A DNA stretch of 64,000 nt from Mytilus californianus (Eukaryota), in assembly GCF_021869535.1 (NCBI RefSeq), contig NW_026262734.1:21762001-21826000 (forward strand). The letters are read 5' to 3'. The notes under the pieces were generated by a model, which saw only the letters and a program-made list of their open reading frames with translations, was not told the DNA's origin and did no database searches. The position numbers and the translations under genes were made by a program. Shown piece after piece: positions 1 to 13,011 of the stretch. How positions within the stretch are numbered: the stretch's first letter is position 1; each line of letters begins with the position of its first letter.

Positions 1-366
1 CATACAAGTATATATATGGTTTAGGGGTGGGGATCGCGACCGTTTACAAGATAAAAGCACATTTTCAAATTGAAGGGGGTGGGATGACCCCAGGGACTCA
101 CCCTATATTTTATTGTATTGTTCTATTGTCCTGTTATCATTACTGAAGACTGTGTGTGTCTATCACTTACTATTTTCAAGTAATAGACATTTGAAAATTG
201 AAAAAAAAAAAAAAATCCCATAGGGTTCTATAGTAAACCCCTCCGTTATTAAGGCCCCTCAAAATACCCCTAAATAGACCCCAATGCACAAACGAAAGAT
301 TGATAGCTCCGCTATAAATGTTAGTCTTACATTTTATGAAACCCTAAGTAAATCTGACAAGCGGTT
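1..366 (+). mobile_element. Non-autonomous Helentron/DINE-like element, part of a family copy (full copy at 34981-35990)
   Basis: tatatatggtttaggggtggggatc repeat unit and the aaatcccatagggttct...gtaaaccc...aatctgac.agcggtt block are shared with 34981-35850. Confidence 0.65.
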
Positions 367-1579
367 CGAGTTGTCTTTTTAGACAGTCCGAGTGGACTCG
401 GTCCGACTTGTCTCGGGGACGAGTTGTCGACATTTCGTAAAACATCCCATGAACGTCGATTTTCGGATCTGAAACTTTATTCATAAACAATAACAACTTA
501 GGCAAGTCAGTGATATTATTTAACGGAATAATATAATAAAAGAAGGGAATTTAACTGTGCATACATTTAATTGAAATCAATTAAATAATCACAATCTTCT
601 TAAACATGTTAAACGAAAAGAACATCATGATTAACAAAACTTACTTTATAACATCAGAATACTTACTAGCTTACGAACTTAGGTTCGTGTAAGTTGAAAT
701 TACCGCCAACTGAGACTTCTATATATTTATAACTTTATTTCCTCTATCATAGAGATTTGGTGTACATGAACAACATTCCTGCGCCTTTTGCCATTTGGGA
801 AATATAAACGACTTGTAATTAGAGATTTTCGGCGATGAAATATTTCATACAATTGTTCTTTGACATCTTAGTCAAAAGCACATGGGATAATACACTACGT
901 ACGGATTTCTTTTGAGCACTACTTCCTATGTACAACTTCAAAAATTTTGGGTACTTCGACGATCATTTAAGGTTTTTTTGGTCATATTTTTTCTATTCCA
1001 GAATTGAAAGTATGAAAAAAGTGCTCAATTAGTTATAAATAACATATAAGCCAGCTAGATAATAACAATAGAACTTTTTACACCATTCAGTGGGAAGAAC
1101 ACAAATCTAGTGTGGTAGCATAATGCAGCTTTACTGCCGCATGATAAAAAATAAAAAATATTCCTTGTAGTATAATCAAATAAGAATAAGATATGAATAA
1201 ACAAAAACACCGTGTCCACAGAATTTCATTTATTTATTTATTTATCTATTTTTTTTTTAATTTTATTTATTTTTCTCTTTTTCTTTTATTTATATTTTTT
1301 TTTCTCAATTCTCTATCCTTTTGTTAGGCCTTTTTTCTTCTCAGACTGTGAAAAATACCTCATTTTACTATTACCTTTAATATATCCACTGAAGTGTGCA
1401 TGCTCTGTATAATTGTTATTGTAATATTATGTAAAGGAGAAGACTTCATAAGTTGGTTAAACTTGTGTCCGATCCTTTTTGTATCTTTGAGCAAATAAAA
1501 TTGTTATAAACTACATTACAGCCAGCCAAAATGGCTTACGATATACTGCTAAATTGAAACGCAATATATTTGAAAAGAA

Positions 1580-1836
1580 AAAGAGAAGGTGTCCATGGGA
1601 CACGGATGATGCCCCCGCTTTCATATAACGTGATAAAAGGACATTACTCAAGAACTGTTAAAGTGACGCCACCCAAATGCGAACTTGATCTGTGTTTTGT
1701 GGTAATAAGCATTGTGTAAAAGTTTCATAACATTTGGTTGAGGCAAACTAAAGTTAAAGAACGGAAACCAATTTCGGACGAACGGACGGACGTACAGATG
1801 GACAAGGGTAACACCGCCACGACGGGGTCATAAAAA
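1580..1836 (+). mobile_element. Non-autonomous Helentron-associated (HINE/DINE-like) element
   Basis: 5' hairpin gtgtcc-atg-ggacac (1589-1603), (GGAC)n-like microsatellite near 1786-1803, GC-rich 3' end followed by an A run. Confidence 0.7.
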
Positions 1837-2529
1837 ATAACAAAAACTTTTGGACGTTATTAGAAATGCAACCGTTAAGGTAAAATAATTCGAGAATTTC
1901 TCTTCGGATACGATCACAGTCCAAGATAAAGTTCTCTATGTAATTGTTGTTGTTAGATAACAGATCATTTAAAGCGGCATTTGGAGGAAGTTCATTCATC
2001 TGTAGCGAATAAGACGGATCTGAGGTCAATGCAGTCAATGGTTATTTTCTAAAAACAGAGTAACGAACACAGAATAGAATGAAGTGTTTCTCCTCTTCAA
2101 TATATCACGAGTTGCACATTTTGCAGACTCGTTGTTCGATTGAATGTTTCTATCGCGTCTTCGTTCGACTTCTAGTGGGAACGTACTACAGCGAATTCTA
2201 GCGATTGCGGATCTTTGAGTCCTTTTTAAAATGCCTTTTTATATACGACTCGACACACAATTTTTTTTTTGTATGTCCTCAACTTTGCCATTTACAAGTC
2301 TGCCACAAGTTTACTTTTCAAAGAATCTAAGACAAGTTTAGCTGAGATGTCGGAGTCATATCTTTATATTTCCCTGTACGTGCTACCTTTAAAAATAAGC
2401 TCGCGCAAATTTTATAAAATATTGCGCGCAATCTTTAATATAACAAATCCCGAAATGCACGCAAAAAAAATATGATCTCCTGTGGTGCCATTATTGTTTC
2501 TTAAACATTGTTGATCAGCAATTTCTTTC

Positions 2530-2715
2530 AATAGATATAAGAAGATGTAGTATGAATGCCAATGAGATGTACTCTCCATCCAAGTCACAATTTGTAAAAG
2601 TAAACCAAGTACAGCCTTCAACACGGAGCCTTGGCTCACACCGAACAGCAAGCTATAAAGGGCCCCAAGAATGACTTGTGTAGAACCATTCAAACAGGAA
2701 AACTAACGGTCTGCA
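2530..2715 (-). repeat. Dispersed repeat family A (probable Naiad/PLE 3' end), partial
   Basis: Reverse complement of blocks at 17941-18333 and 34580-34980 (gagccaaggctccgtgttgaag...cataccacatcttcttat). Confidence 0.75.
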
Positions 2716-4773
2716 TACTAAATATAATGCCATCTCCAGGTCTATCCCACTGGCCAATACTGAAAATCTATCAAAACATTATTCCTTTGTTGCTATGTTC
2801 TCATATGTTGTTTAGTTTTAAATTGAAGCATTTTTTTTCTCTTATATTATTTTTTTTACTACTTACTATAAAATTTTGGAAATTTTCAGGATCTGGTTTA
2901 ATACAGAATACGTATTTCGACCTGGCATCATGAATTTCGTATCGGAAACCACATGGCGTCCAACTGCAAAATAGTATAATAAAAATTAAAAGTGGAAAAA
3001 AAACCTGTATCGATCATCGGTATCACTGCAAAAACTGATCGAGTACCACAAGCATTAAAGTCACAAGAGACGAGTTTTCTGTAATTATAATTTTCAGGAA
3101 ATTATTGAACAAATGCATGCATATATACATGTACTTAACTAAGTCCTCTATTACGAATAATAGACAAAAAAAATGTTTCATTCAATGATTGTTGATCGCA
3201 CATACCAGCTAATTAATTTCCGGGTTTGTTGCCGAAGTTTACCGGATCGTGACATTGATAAACAATAAACACAGAGTCATGGAGCACATGAACAATAAGT
3301 GAGTTTATACAGTAATAATAAAACTTTGCCATAATAGTTGTTAAATGAATTGGTGTTTTAAATTATTCTTTCGGAATCCTTAATACTATTTATAGTCCAA
3401 TGCACGCGGGTTTTCCCTCGCACTGGCACTGTGCGGTTGCCGAGGTTATATCAAAAGGGCTCATGATTATCGTCACTGCATACGAAAAAGCTATTGACGA
3501 ATTAGAGTACGGGAAAACAATAATGCAATAGCAGTACATTTCTGAAGATAAAGGATTTCTTTCCAAGAAAGTCCATGTACACTTGTTTTATTGTAAGGTT
3601 GCTCGACAAAAATAGGTTTCTTTTCATGTAAAGTTTGTATGTAAGAGAACACAATCAATGATGTTTTTCAAATAATGTACAAATTCAAAGAGCCATTAAG
3701 CTTGTTAACGTTTTTTTTTACTCAACATTTATTTCAAACTAAATAAGATATTATTAGCATAACCCATGCATATATATCATACTACAACCCTCAAGGATGA
3801 TGCGTTTACAGGGCAATTTTTCTCTTAATTTATGATTGTTCTTATGTACGTTTCAATTACTGAAATGAATAACACAATTTGCAAAACACGAATGCATAGT
3901 GGCCTCTAAAGCGATTTTGGTCATTTTTTGTGTTGGTGAGCTGCTGCTTCGTTTACGCTTACTCCACACGTTTTTCTAATTCCAAATTATTTTCTAGATT
4001 TGTATGTGTTAATGTCGCTATCTAATTTTTCCTTCTTTTCTGTTTGTTTCCTTTTTTGGAAGCTACCTTGGGATATCAAGTAGACAGTTATGAAACTACT
4101 ATACTTACATATACTGTATAGAGCACCATAAAAATTTATCGAGTAAAACATTAACTTTGCGAACCACTGTAACAAATTGTGAAATGCAGTTGTGTGTCTC
4201 GTTGTGCATCTTAAGGAAATTCTGAACCTGTCCACCATTCACAATTACTTTCATTAACATTCTATTTTCTGATAAAAGTACATTTTTTGTCAATTTTATG
4301 TATTATCTTCTTTTCAAACGATTCAAACATCAGCAAATATGAAACAATAGTAGAAAGGTTTTGTTTACAAGTCAAATGTCCCTTATCAAATGGCAAAATT
4401 AAAAGCTCAAACACATCAAACGAATGTTATATTCCTGACTTGTACAGGCATGTCCTTATGTAGAAAATGTTGGATAAACCTGGTTTTATAGCTAGCTAAA
4501 CCTCTCACTTGTATGACAGTCGCATAAAAGTCCATTATATTGACAACAATGTGTGTGGATGGCTATCTAGGAAAAGCTTCTTTAGTTTCATATTTCAACA
4601 AAAAGGTAATAGAATATTCTTTTTTTTTTTCAGATCAACAAATGTATTTGCATCGTATATGAATACAATTATCGTCTTTTGTTTATATTTTCCCTGAAGT
4701 ATTAACATTGTACGATTTATTATTGCATACAGTTCCAAATAATATATTTTGATTAACAAGAGATAAAATTAAT

Positions 4774-5190
4774 CAGATTCAAATATATTATGTATTTTAG
4801 TCCTTGTCTCTTTTGTTGGGAAAACATACATAAAGAACGTTAAAAGCAATTATAGTTTGTGAAACTAAATATTTATAAATACAGAGGTTATGAAAAAAAA
4901 CTAGAGTAAATAAAGCTGTCATAAATCTTTTTTTCTGATGGGAGGGAATGGAAATGTTAGTTTGATAAACAAGAGAAAAAAGCAACCAGATTTAAATATA
5001 TTACATATTTCAGTCCTTGTCTCTTTTGTTGGGAAAAACATACACCAAGAACGTTAAAGCAAAAGTCTGTGAAGCTAAAGATTTATAAGTAAAGAGGTTA
5101 AGATCTAAATAAGACTTGAATTAACGAAAGCTGTAAAAAAGCTTTTTTTCTGAGGGAGGGATTTGGCAAGTAAGTTTCTATAAAAATTAT
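4774..5190. repeat. Diverged tandem duplication, period about 213 bp
   Basis: agtccttgtctcttttgttgggaaaa...aagaacgttaaa occurs at about 4799 and about 5012. Confidence 0.7.
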
Positions 5191-5368
5191 ACATTGAGAA
5201 CTTATCAAATACCTTGTATATGCAAAGTATGTCAGTGTCAAAACAGATGATTCTGAGAGGAATTAACAATCAACAAATTTGGTATGGATTCCGTTGCAGT
5301 GAAAACAAAATTAATAAGTTGCTTTAATAAATTTTAAAACTTTACAGTTAGCACTGATCATTCGTCTG

Positions 5369-5400
<32 letters not shown>
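5369..5400. repeat. (GT)n microsatellite
   Basis: Direct reading. Confidence 0.95.
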
Positions 5401-5402
<2 letters not shown>

Positions 5403-6759
5403 TTAAGGGGAAGGTAATTGTTTTTAAAAATAAATTGTTTCAATTGATGTTTCTTGAAAAATATTATTTGTTTCAGAAGGTAGTTGCAAAAATAGTTCGT
5501 TGCTATCAAATACAAGTTAAAACAAGATCAATTGAAAAATATGATATGACACAACAACCGCTGACGAGATTCCGGACTTTGAATAGGCATATGAATAATA
5601 AAGGAGATCCTCCGGATGGATTAAAATGGATAAAAGCCATCCGACTCTTCAAAAATAGACATACGACAAAGACAAGTATCAACGTACAACATATGGCACA
5701 GAATCCGATAGTTGGACTTTGTAATTTAAGTGAGAAATATGGTGTGGTAAACACATTTTAGAGCGGGAAAACCTTCTCCATTTAAAATAGACGTATGTCA
5801 GCACGTTCAATGAAGCCAACATGCATAATCATTAATTGCGATTAGAAGACGAGTACTGGTATGCGAGTTACTGCGATTTGTTAAACGAGTTAATAATAAT
5901 TCATTAAAAGGGTATAGATCGGGTTAGAATTCGTAAATTAGTGAGGTATTACGTTATCCAACTTGATCCAAACGCAAAGTTATTACGATAGGCTACTTAT
6001 TGGAAAGTTTTTTTTTTATATATGATATTCCCCTGTATCACAAAAGCAGAAGCAAATAGCAAAAAGATAAGAAACCGTACCTCCATCTAAAGTAATATTG
6101 ATCCTGTTAATCCCAGCACATCCAACTTCAAAACCTGAACATATGAAATAAGACTTAATGAAATAGTTTTCAACTGGACTGTCAGCACATGTAAGTAAGT
6201 AAGTAAATAAGTTTTTTTTCCCGCTAACAATTTCGAGGATCCTGGAGTCTGTTGATATGGAATATAAATGATAACTTCTGTCCTGTAAATATTCATTCTA
6301 ACACAATCGAGTTTCTTTTGATTTATTTATTTTTTGTTTGTTTTATTTTATGATATTTCATTGTTCAATACATGAGCTAGGTGTAAATGTCTTTTCTTAT
6401 AAAGATTGATTTCATTTCAAGATTTCACCTTTGCCCATGAAAAGGGTTATATAATTTGCGTGTACCGATGGTTGTTATGCTTAGATATGTTTTAGGGTAA
6501 GAAAAGAGACATAATCATTATTTTCCCCAATCCTTTATTGCAAATTACCTTATTATTGATTATGACTCATCAACAGATTTTAATAGGGGTAACTCGATTT
6601 GTCACTAATGGGACATGAACGGCTTACTTTCTTTTTCACCTGAGTTCACCCCGGTTTAATTTTTTTTATTTTTGTTTTTGAAGGTTTGCTTGAAGGGGAG
6701 GGGTCCTTGTTGCCCATTCTTTAGTTTTCTAAGTTAGGTATTGTGGACTGTACTGTAAA

Positions 6760-7055
6760 AAGTAAAATAACAAAAATACCGAACCGCAAGGGACATTCAA
6801 AACGGAAAGTCCTTTATAAAATGACAAAATCAAAAGCTCAAACACATCTAACGAATGGAACACAACTGTCATATTCCTGACGTGGTACAGGCATTTCCTT
6901 ATGTAGAAAATGGTGGATTAAACCTGATTTTATAGCTAGCTCAACCTCTCACTTGTATGACAGTTGCATAGAATTCCATTATTTTGACAATAATGTGTGA
7001 GCAAAACAAACAAACATAATAGGTAAAAACGTCAAAAATAGGGGTACAGCAGTAT
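6760..7055 (-). repeat. Dispersed repeat family C (probable Naiad/PLE 3' end); other copies at about 4370-4560, 7165-7355, 25395-25530 and 33255-33395 (opposite strand)
   Basis: Shared text ttcaaaacggaaagtcc...caactgtcatattcctgac...tatagctagctaaacctctc. Confidence 0.75.
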
Positions 7056-7944
7056 ATAGGCGATACTTATCTGGCTGTTCTTGTTTGGTCTTACCAGTGA
7101 CTAATAAAAATGACACAGTAAAGAGTAATTTATAGTAAAGATATCTAATATTATATATGTATGACAAAAGGTAAAAAATATCAAACTCCAAGGAAAATTC
7201 AAAACGGAAAGTCCTTTATCAGATGGCAAAAACGAATCGAACACAACTGTCATATTCCTGACTTGGCACATACATTTCCTTATGTAGAAAATGGTAGATT
7301 AAACCTAGTTTTATAGCTAGCTAAACCTCTCGTTTGTATGACAGTCCCATAGAATTTCATAAGACATGATGAACTACATATAATGTATGTGTATTTGTAT
7401 TTGTAGCAATCAATACTTAAAAACATATTCTGTAAAATAAAAAAAAACAAATGTTTTCTTACCAAGATCAACAGGTACAACATCCAATACATGTTCTAGT
7501 GCAACAGCTCTAAGTTCAGGATATGTAATAAGAAGCCTATTTTGACCCATACTCCCAAAACACTTCCTGAATCATAGTATTGCTAATATCGCAATGCATT
7601 CTTTCGTTGTCGTAGATAAAGATTGTTATACCTTTTGTACAAACAAACTAGTTTTTGAAATGAAATCTATAAATTGGACATCAAATGTAATCACTATGCG
7701 TGACATTTAAAAGATATTCTTTGAAGATTACATATTGTTTATTTTTAGCATTTGTTTATCCATGTTTTAAAAACGTTATCTGTTTTTTTTATATATATAT
7801 TTCATCCTTCAAAATAAATATAAGAACATGTGAAGCTAGGATATAAAATTAAGCATGTATCCTGTTACATTAAGTAGTTGGATAGAAATAAGTTCATCAC
7901 GTAAGAATATCACGTTTGTTGTTCTTATTTGTCCTTTTCAACAT

Positions 7945-8680
7945 AATGGCGACGAAGTAGAACTCGGGTTTTAATACGACAAATTCCTTCCATGTGTCGG
8001 GCCTCCGGACGTCAACATTTTGGTTTCCGGACAAACGCTTAAGAAAAATCTTCTTGGTTTTATAATACCCAATGTGAGAGGAAGACCCTATTGATTTTGG
8101 GATTATTAAATCAAACAACTATTGACAGACGGACATTTTGGGCTAACATTTGATTTTCAAATATCATTCTTTTATCAAACTGGGATGAAAAAGACTCTTC
8201 TGATTTTGAAGTCACTAGGTCAAACGTCAAGGTAACAACCTTAATTGACAAACTGATATTGGGTCAGCAGTGTGATTTCTAGATATCTCGTGAAGCACTT
8301 GTCCAAAGTTTCACAAACAAACCGGAGAATGTTTCTTTAAAAAAGACAAGACCCTTCTGTGTTTTGGGTCATTATGTAAAACACCATGGTCACAGTTCAT
8401 ATACATTGATTGAAATTTAGGAAACAGATAAATCCAGACTATATCGTATGAGCCATTAATCAGTTCTCTACCAAATATGAAGCCACTAGGTGAAATGTTA
8501 AGGTTATATCAGCTATTGATAGACCGAAAGGTTGGCAAAATTTTGGTTTCCGGATAATATCTTTTAAATAGTTTCCCTTGGGGTGTAAATCAGCCTTATT
8601 AAGTTTAGGGTCACTTAGCCAAAGGCCAAGGATACACTAGCAATTATAAACTGAAATCTGGGCATGGTTGTCGTTTTTCA
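7945..8680. mobile_element. Degraded Helentron/DINE-like element with internal diverged repeats
   Basis: Recurrent gaagaccctattgattttggg / gaagtcactaggtcaaa..tcaagg motifs at roughly regular spacing. Confidence 0.45.
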
Positions 8681-8949
8681 TCATTTAAAATAAATAATCA
8701 GCAGATTTAACAGGTTTTATACAAAAACAAAAATAATAAGTAAATGACTCAAAAAATGTTTTTTTCTAATACAAATCTGCAAATATTGCAACACGGCTAA
8801 GGCAGCCATGGTTCCTCTGCAAACATACGAAATAAAGGTATCTTGCCAAATTCTTTAATTTTATTTTAAAATATATTGATTATGTCCTCGGCCAATCTCT
8901 GAAAAACCCATCATTTCAGTGAGTGCTTGCATCTCATATATCCCATACA

Positions 8950-9242
8950 TAAAGTACCAACCGTGACATCAGCCTTTCCATTGTCAACTTTACTTTTCTA
9001 GGCATGTATGTTTACGGTATATTGAATAAATTAACAGAGATTTGCTCCTGATGCAGAAACTGCTTCCGCAGGGTAAAGAGGAAGAACTAGAAAAATCGAA
9101 ACTAACCATGTTTTGCGAATTGGTTGACCGATACGATTCCCAACTCATAAGATGAATGTTGTCGCGGTCTTAGATCTTTATACGTAAGAATGTTTTTTCC
9201 TTTTCCTATTGAACAGCGGTTTACTACTGTTGCCTTTATTTA
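8950..9242 (+). pseudogene. Degraded Naiad-type Penelope-like RT C-terminus plus 3' end
   Basis: Translates to DISLSIVNFTFLG...NRDLLLMQKLLPQG...ELVDRYD, matching FSFPIVNFPFLCS...DRRLLLTRKLLNQ...KLVDHYG of the 54151-54444 ORF. Confidence 0.6.
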
Positions 9243-10291
9243 CTGAGTGGATTCGAATGGCGGATGAAGCATATATAGAAGGAGACGCTTACATTATCTA
9301 TTGCCCCAGTAACTTTTTTTTTATCTGGAATTGCGTATTCTAAATAGATTTACGAGATTTCAACTTAGGTATTTACCTCAAACTGGCTGCAATACATTTC
9401 TCATTTCACAGCTTTATATTTGTCAGTTGCCTCGTCCACAAAGACATTGTTTTTAAAGAACACCTTTAACCAAAACAAATAAAAACGTATAACCGATATC
9501 CCCTGTTCTTGTTTTACTCAAGTGGTCAAAATCGGGAACATAAACGTAAAAGATTTTTATAGCAATTTCACATATAAATGTATTCATTTTACCATAATGT
9601 TATTCAGCGCGATGCATTGCTGTTGAAAACATAAAACGTAAACTATTGCAAATCATTTTTGGTTTTTGTTGTAAAACTTCAAATCAAATGACACCCTTTA
9701 AACATTAGTTTAGTATTTCAAAGACAAGACCAAAAAAAATAGCGTTACTTACGGTAGCATTTCGGTTTTGGTGAAGAATATCAATCTTAATCACTTGTTT
9801 TAAATGACTTGAAATTGCCAAAACATATCAAAATTACAGAATTGACATCTTACAATGAAGGTTGAAAGACATTTTGAAATTAACCCTGCTGTTAAATAAA
9901 TTTAAAGGGAATTGTCCCTACCTTTATATATATATATATATATAAACAAGTCTAAATTGAAAACAACGTTCAAACCTATGATTGCGTTGGATAAAAACCG
10001 CAATTTTTATACGTGTGCATGCAAAACAAATTTCTTGGTAGAGTGGTCTAAATACAGCACAAACAACATTTTCCAAAAGACCAAAAAAAGTGAAAAAGTA
10101 TATTTTAACAAAACGCATTTGACTAGCAGGTCGAACAACGGATGTTCTTAAACCCTGCTGACTGCCATGGCGATTGCCAAATAAACGGATCACCAGATGT
10201 AAAAATGGATCTTATTAATTAAATACCAAAAAGAAAACAATAAACTTGCGGAAAAGATGGTATACCGCAAACATGAGGTGCAAAAATTTGT

Positions 10292-10335
10292 ACACCATAT
10301 CCGGATTTCGACAATTAATGTCTCTTCAGTGATGT
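10292..10335 (-). ncRNA. Minimal type I hammerhead ribozyme, unit 1
   Basis: acauca-CUGAAGA-gaca(uuaau)uguc-GAAA-uccgga-UA|ugguguc-type fold: helix I acauca/uggugu, helix II 4 bp, palindromic helix III AUCCGGAU; predicted cut between 10298 and 10297. Confidence 0.9.
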
Positions 10336-10824
10336 TAGGAATCGAAACGGTATTTGGAAGGCCATATAATTTACCTCAATTTGGGATTGACTCTTGAATT
10401 TTGAAGAGTCAAAATAGGATGAACGGATCATATAAACCCGAAGGCAAATATAATACAAGCCCAAACGAAAAAATATAAACAAGTCTAAATTGAAAACAAC
10501 GTTCAAACCTATGATTGCGTTGGATAAAAACCGCAATTTTTATACGTGTGCATGCAAAACAAATTTCTTGGTAGAGTGGTCTAAATACAGCACAAACAAC
10601 ATTTTCCAAAAGACCAAAAAAAGTGAAAAAGTATATTTTAACAAAACGCATTTGACTAGCAGGTCGAACAACGGATGTTCTTAAACCCTGCTGACTGCCA
10701 TGGCGATTGCCAAATAAACGGATCACCAGATGTAAAAATGGATCTTATTAATTAAATACCAAAAAGAAAACAATAAACTTGCGGAAAAGATGGTATACCG
10801 CAAACATGAGGTGCAAAAATTTGT

Positions 10825-10868
10825 ACACCATATCCGGATTTCGACAATTAATGTCTCTTCAGTGATGT
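10825..10868 (-). ncRNA. Minimal type I hammerhead ribozyme, unit 2
   Basis: Identical to the 10292-10335 motif. Confidence 0.9.
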
Positions 10869-11357
10869 TAGGAATCGAAACGGTATTTGGAAGGCCATAT
10901 AATTTACCTCAATTTGGGATTGACTCTTGAATTTTGAAGAGTCAAAATAGGATGAACGGATCATATAAACCCGAAGGCAAATATAATACAAGCCCAAACG
11001 AAAAAATATAAACAAGTCTAAATTGAAAACAACGTTCAAACCTATGATTGCGTTGGATAAAAACCGCAATTTTTATACGTGTGCATGCAAAACAAATTTC
11101 TTGGTAGAGTGGTCTAAATACAGCACAAACAACATTTTCCAAAAGACCAAAAAAAGTGAAAAAGTATATTTTAACAAAACGCATTTGACTAGCAGGTCGA
11201 ACAACGGATGTTCTTAAACCCTGCTGACTGCCATGGCGATTGCCAAATAAACGGATCACCAGATGTAAAAATGGATCTTATTAATTAAATACCAAAAAGA
11301 AAACAATAAACTTGCGGAAAAGATGGTATACCGCAAACATGAGGTGCAAAAATTTGT

Positions 11358-11401
11358 ACACCATATCCGGATTTCGACAATTAATGTCTCTTCAGTGATG
11401 T
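11358..11401 (-). ncRNA. Minimal type I hammerhead ribozyme, unit 3
   Basis: Identical to the 10292-10335 motif. Confidence 0.9.
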
Positions 11402-11890
11402 TAGGAATCGAAACGGTATTTGGAAGGCCATATAATTTACCTCAATTTGGGATTGACTCTTGAATTTTGAAGAGTCAAAATAGGATGAACGGATCATATA
11501 AACCCGAAGGCAAATATAATACAAGCCCAAACGAAAAAATATAAACAAGTCTAAATTGAAAACAACGTTCAAACCTATGATTGCGTTGGATAAAAACCGC
11601 AATTTTTATACGTGTGCATGCAAAACAAATTTCTTGGTAGAGTGGTCTAAATACAGCACAAACAACATTTTCCAAAAGACCAAAAAAAGTGAAAAAGTAT
11701 ATTTTAACAAAACGCATTTGACTAGCAGGTCGAACAACGGATGTTCTTAAACCCTGCTGACTGCCATGGCGATTGCCAAATAAACGGATCACCAGATGTA
11801 AAAATGGATCTTATTAATTAAATACCAAAAAGAAAACAATAAACTTGCGGAAAAGATGGTATACCGCAAACATGAGGTGCAAAAATTTGT

Positions 11891-11934
11891 ACACCATATC
11901 CGGATTTCGACAATTAATGTCTCTTCAGTGATGT
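11891..11934 (-). ncRNA. Minimal type I hammerhead ribozyme, unit 4
   Basis: Identical to the 10292-10335 motif. Confidence 0.9.
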
Positions 11935-12342
11935 TAGGAATCGAAACGGTATTTGGAAGGCCATATAATTTACCTCAATTTGGGATTGACTCTTGAATTT
12001 TGAAGAGTCAAAATAGGATGAACGGATCATATAAACCCGAAGGCAAATATAATACAAGCCCAAACGAAAAAATATAAACAAGTCTAAATTGAAAACAACG
12101 TTCAAACCTATGATTGCGTTGGATAAAAACCGCAATTTTTATACGTGTGCATGCAAAACAAATTTCTTGGTAGAGTGGTCTAAATACAGCACAAACAACA
12201 TTTTCCAAAAGACCAAAAAAAGTGAAAAAGTATATTTTAACAAAACGCATTTGACTAGCAGGTCGAACAACGGATGTTCTTAAACCCTGCTGACTGCCAT
12301 ATATATATATATTAAAAATTAAATACACAAAAAGAGTTTTAA

Positions 12343-12956
12343 GGTAGATGGGGTGTCTAAATTATAATCCATAGAATTTTTTAATAATTTGCCAAAATGT
12401 AGTTTATATCATGCTTTTTTAAAAAAAATAATAAAAAGAATGGGTCACGGGCCTTATTTTCACGCTACAGGTTGTGAAAAATTGACAGATTTTGTAAAGA
12501 TTATGCATGGAAAACCCAATTTTCTGCCATAAAATGAAAACTACACCATAGAATTTTGAGATAAAATATGAGAAGATAGGTCTTATAGTATGCTTTCAGA
12601 TAAGAAAAAGAAAAAATGGGGTCACCGGACCCGTTTTCTTGCTACATAATAAAATAGGTAAATTCCTAACACATTCTATTGTAAAAGTAACATTATGTGA
12701 ATTATCTGCCCTTACATTTGAGTTGCCTCCCCTTATGTGGCAAAGTTGGAAAAAATAGAATCAAACAAAAGTATTCTGTTTTTTTGTAAAAAAACAACCA
12801 TAAATATGATAAAATATGTCATTTTCTATATTGAAATGAATATTCTTACACATGAATTACCACCTACTCTCAAAATTTGCACCTTTTATTATAAATCTAG
12901 ACCGACTGTTTTCTGGTATTTCAAAATCCAAGATGGAGGAAGACACCCTATCTACC
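12343..12956. mobile_element. 614-bp MITE with TTAA target duplication, Kolobok-like
   Basis: TIR GGTAGATGGGGTGTCT / AGACACCCTATCTACC (15/16 match), TTAA at 12339-12342 and 12957-12960; the empty site is present in the inverted arm near 13555-13570. Confidence 0.85.
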
Positions 12957-12966
12957 TTAAAAGCAG

Positions 12967-13011
12967 CATTGTCTAGCGCTTTCATCCATCTTGGGAATTT
13001 TCAAGACTATG
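12967..13011 (-). ncRNA. Variant (U3-A8) minimal hammerhead in the PLE pseudo-LTR, left arm
   Basis: cauaguc-UUGAAAA-uucc(caagau)ggau-GAAA-gcgc-UA|gacaaug; lies downstream of the GIY-YIG stop codon; helix II closing pair is U.U in this copy. Confidence 0.65.

Larger units (their letters stand above)
9941..12300 (-). repeat. Tandem array of about 4.4 near-identical 533-bp units, each with a hammerhead ribozyme (retrozyme-like)
   Basis: Exact 533 periodicity (ORF track repeats at 10315/10848/11381/11914); bounded by (TA)n at 9925-9944 and 12299-12312. Confidence 0.92.

Noticed and set aside
1754-2038. 94-aa ORF (ENFILDCDRIRREIL)
   Set aside because: Only vague similarity to a LINE C-terminal zinc motif, no joinable exons, and its end runs into a HINE; unsupported.
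5369-5761. 130-aa ORF
   Set aside because: Starts in a (GT)n microsatellite and has no identifiable domain; at best a weak LINE relic.
10409-10726. 105/73/64-aa ORFs repeated in each 533-bp unit as a possible viroid/Obelisk-like protein
   Set aside because: No recognisable domain; the 539-bp variant shifts and fuses these frames, so the reading frame is not conserved while the ribozyme is.
9941-12300. CRISPR-like or rDNA-like array
   Set aside because: Units are wholly identical with no unique spacers, no rRNA motifs, and the context is eukaryotic.
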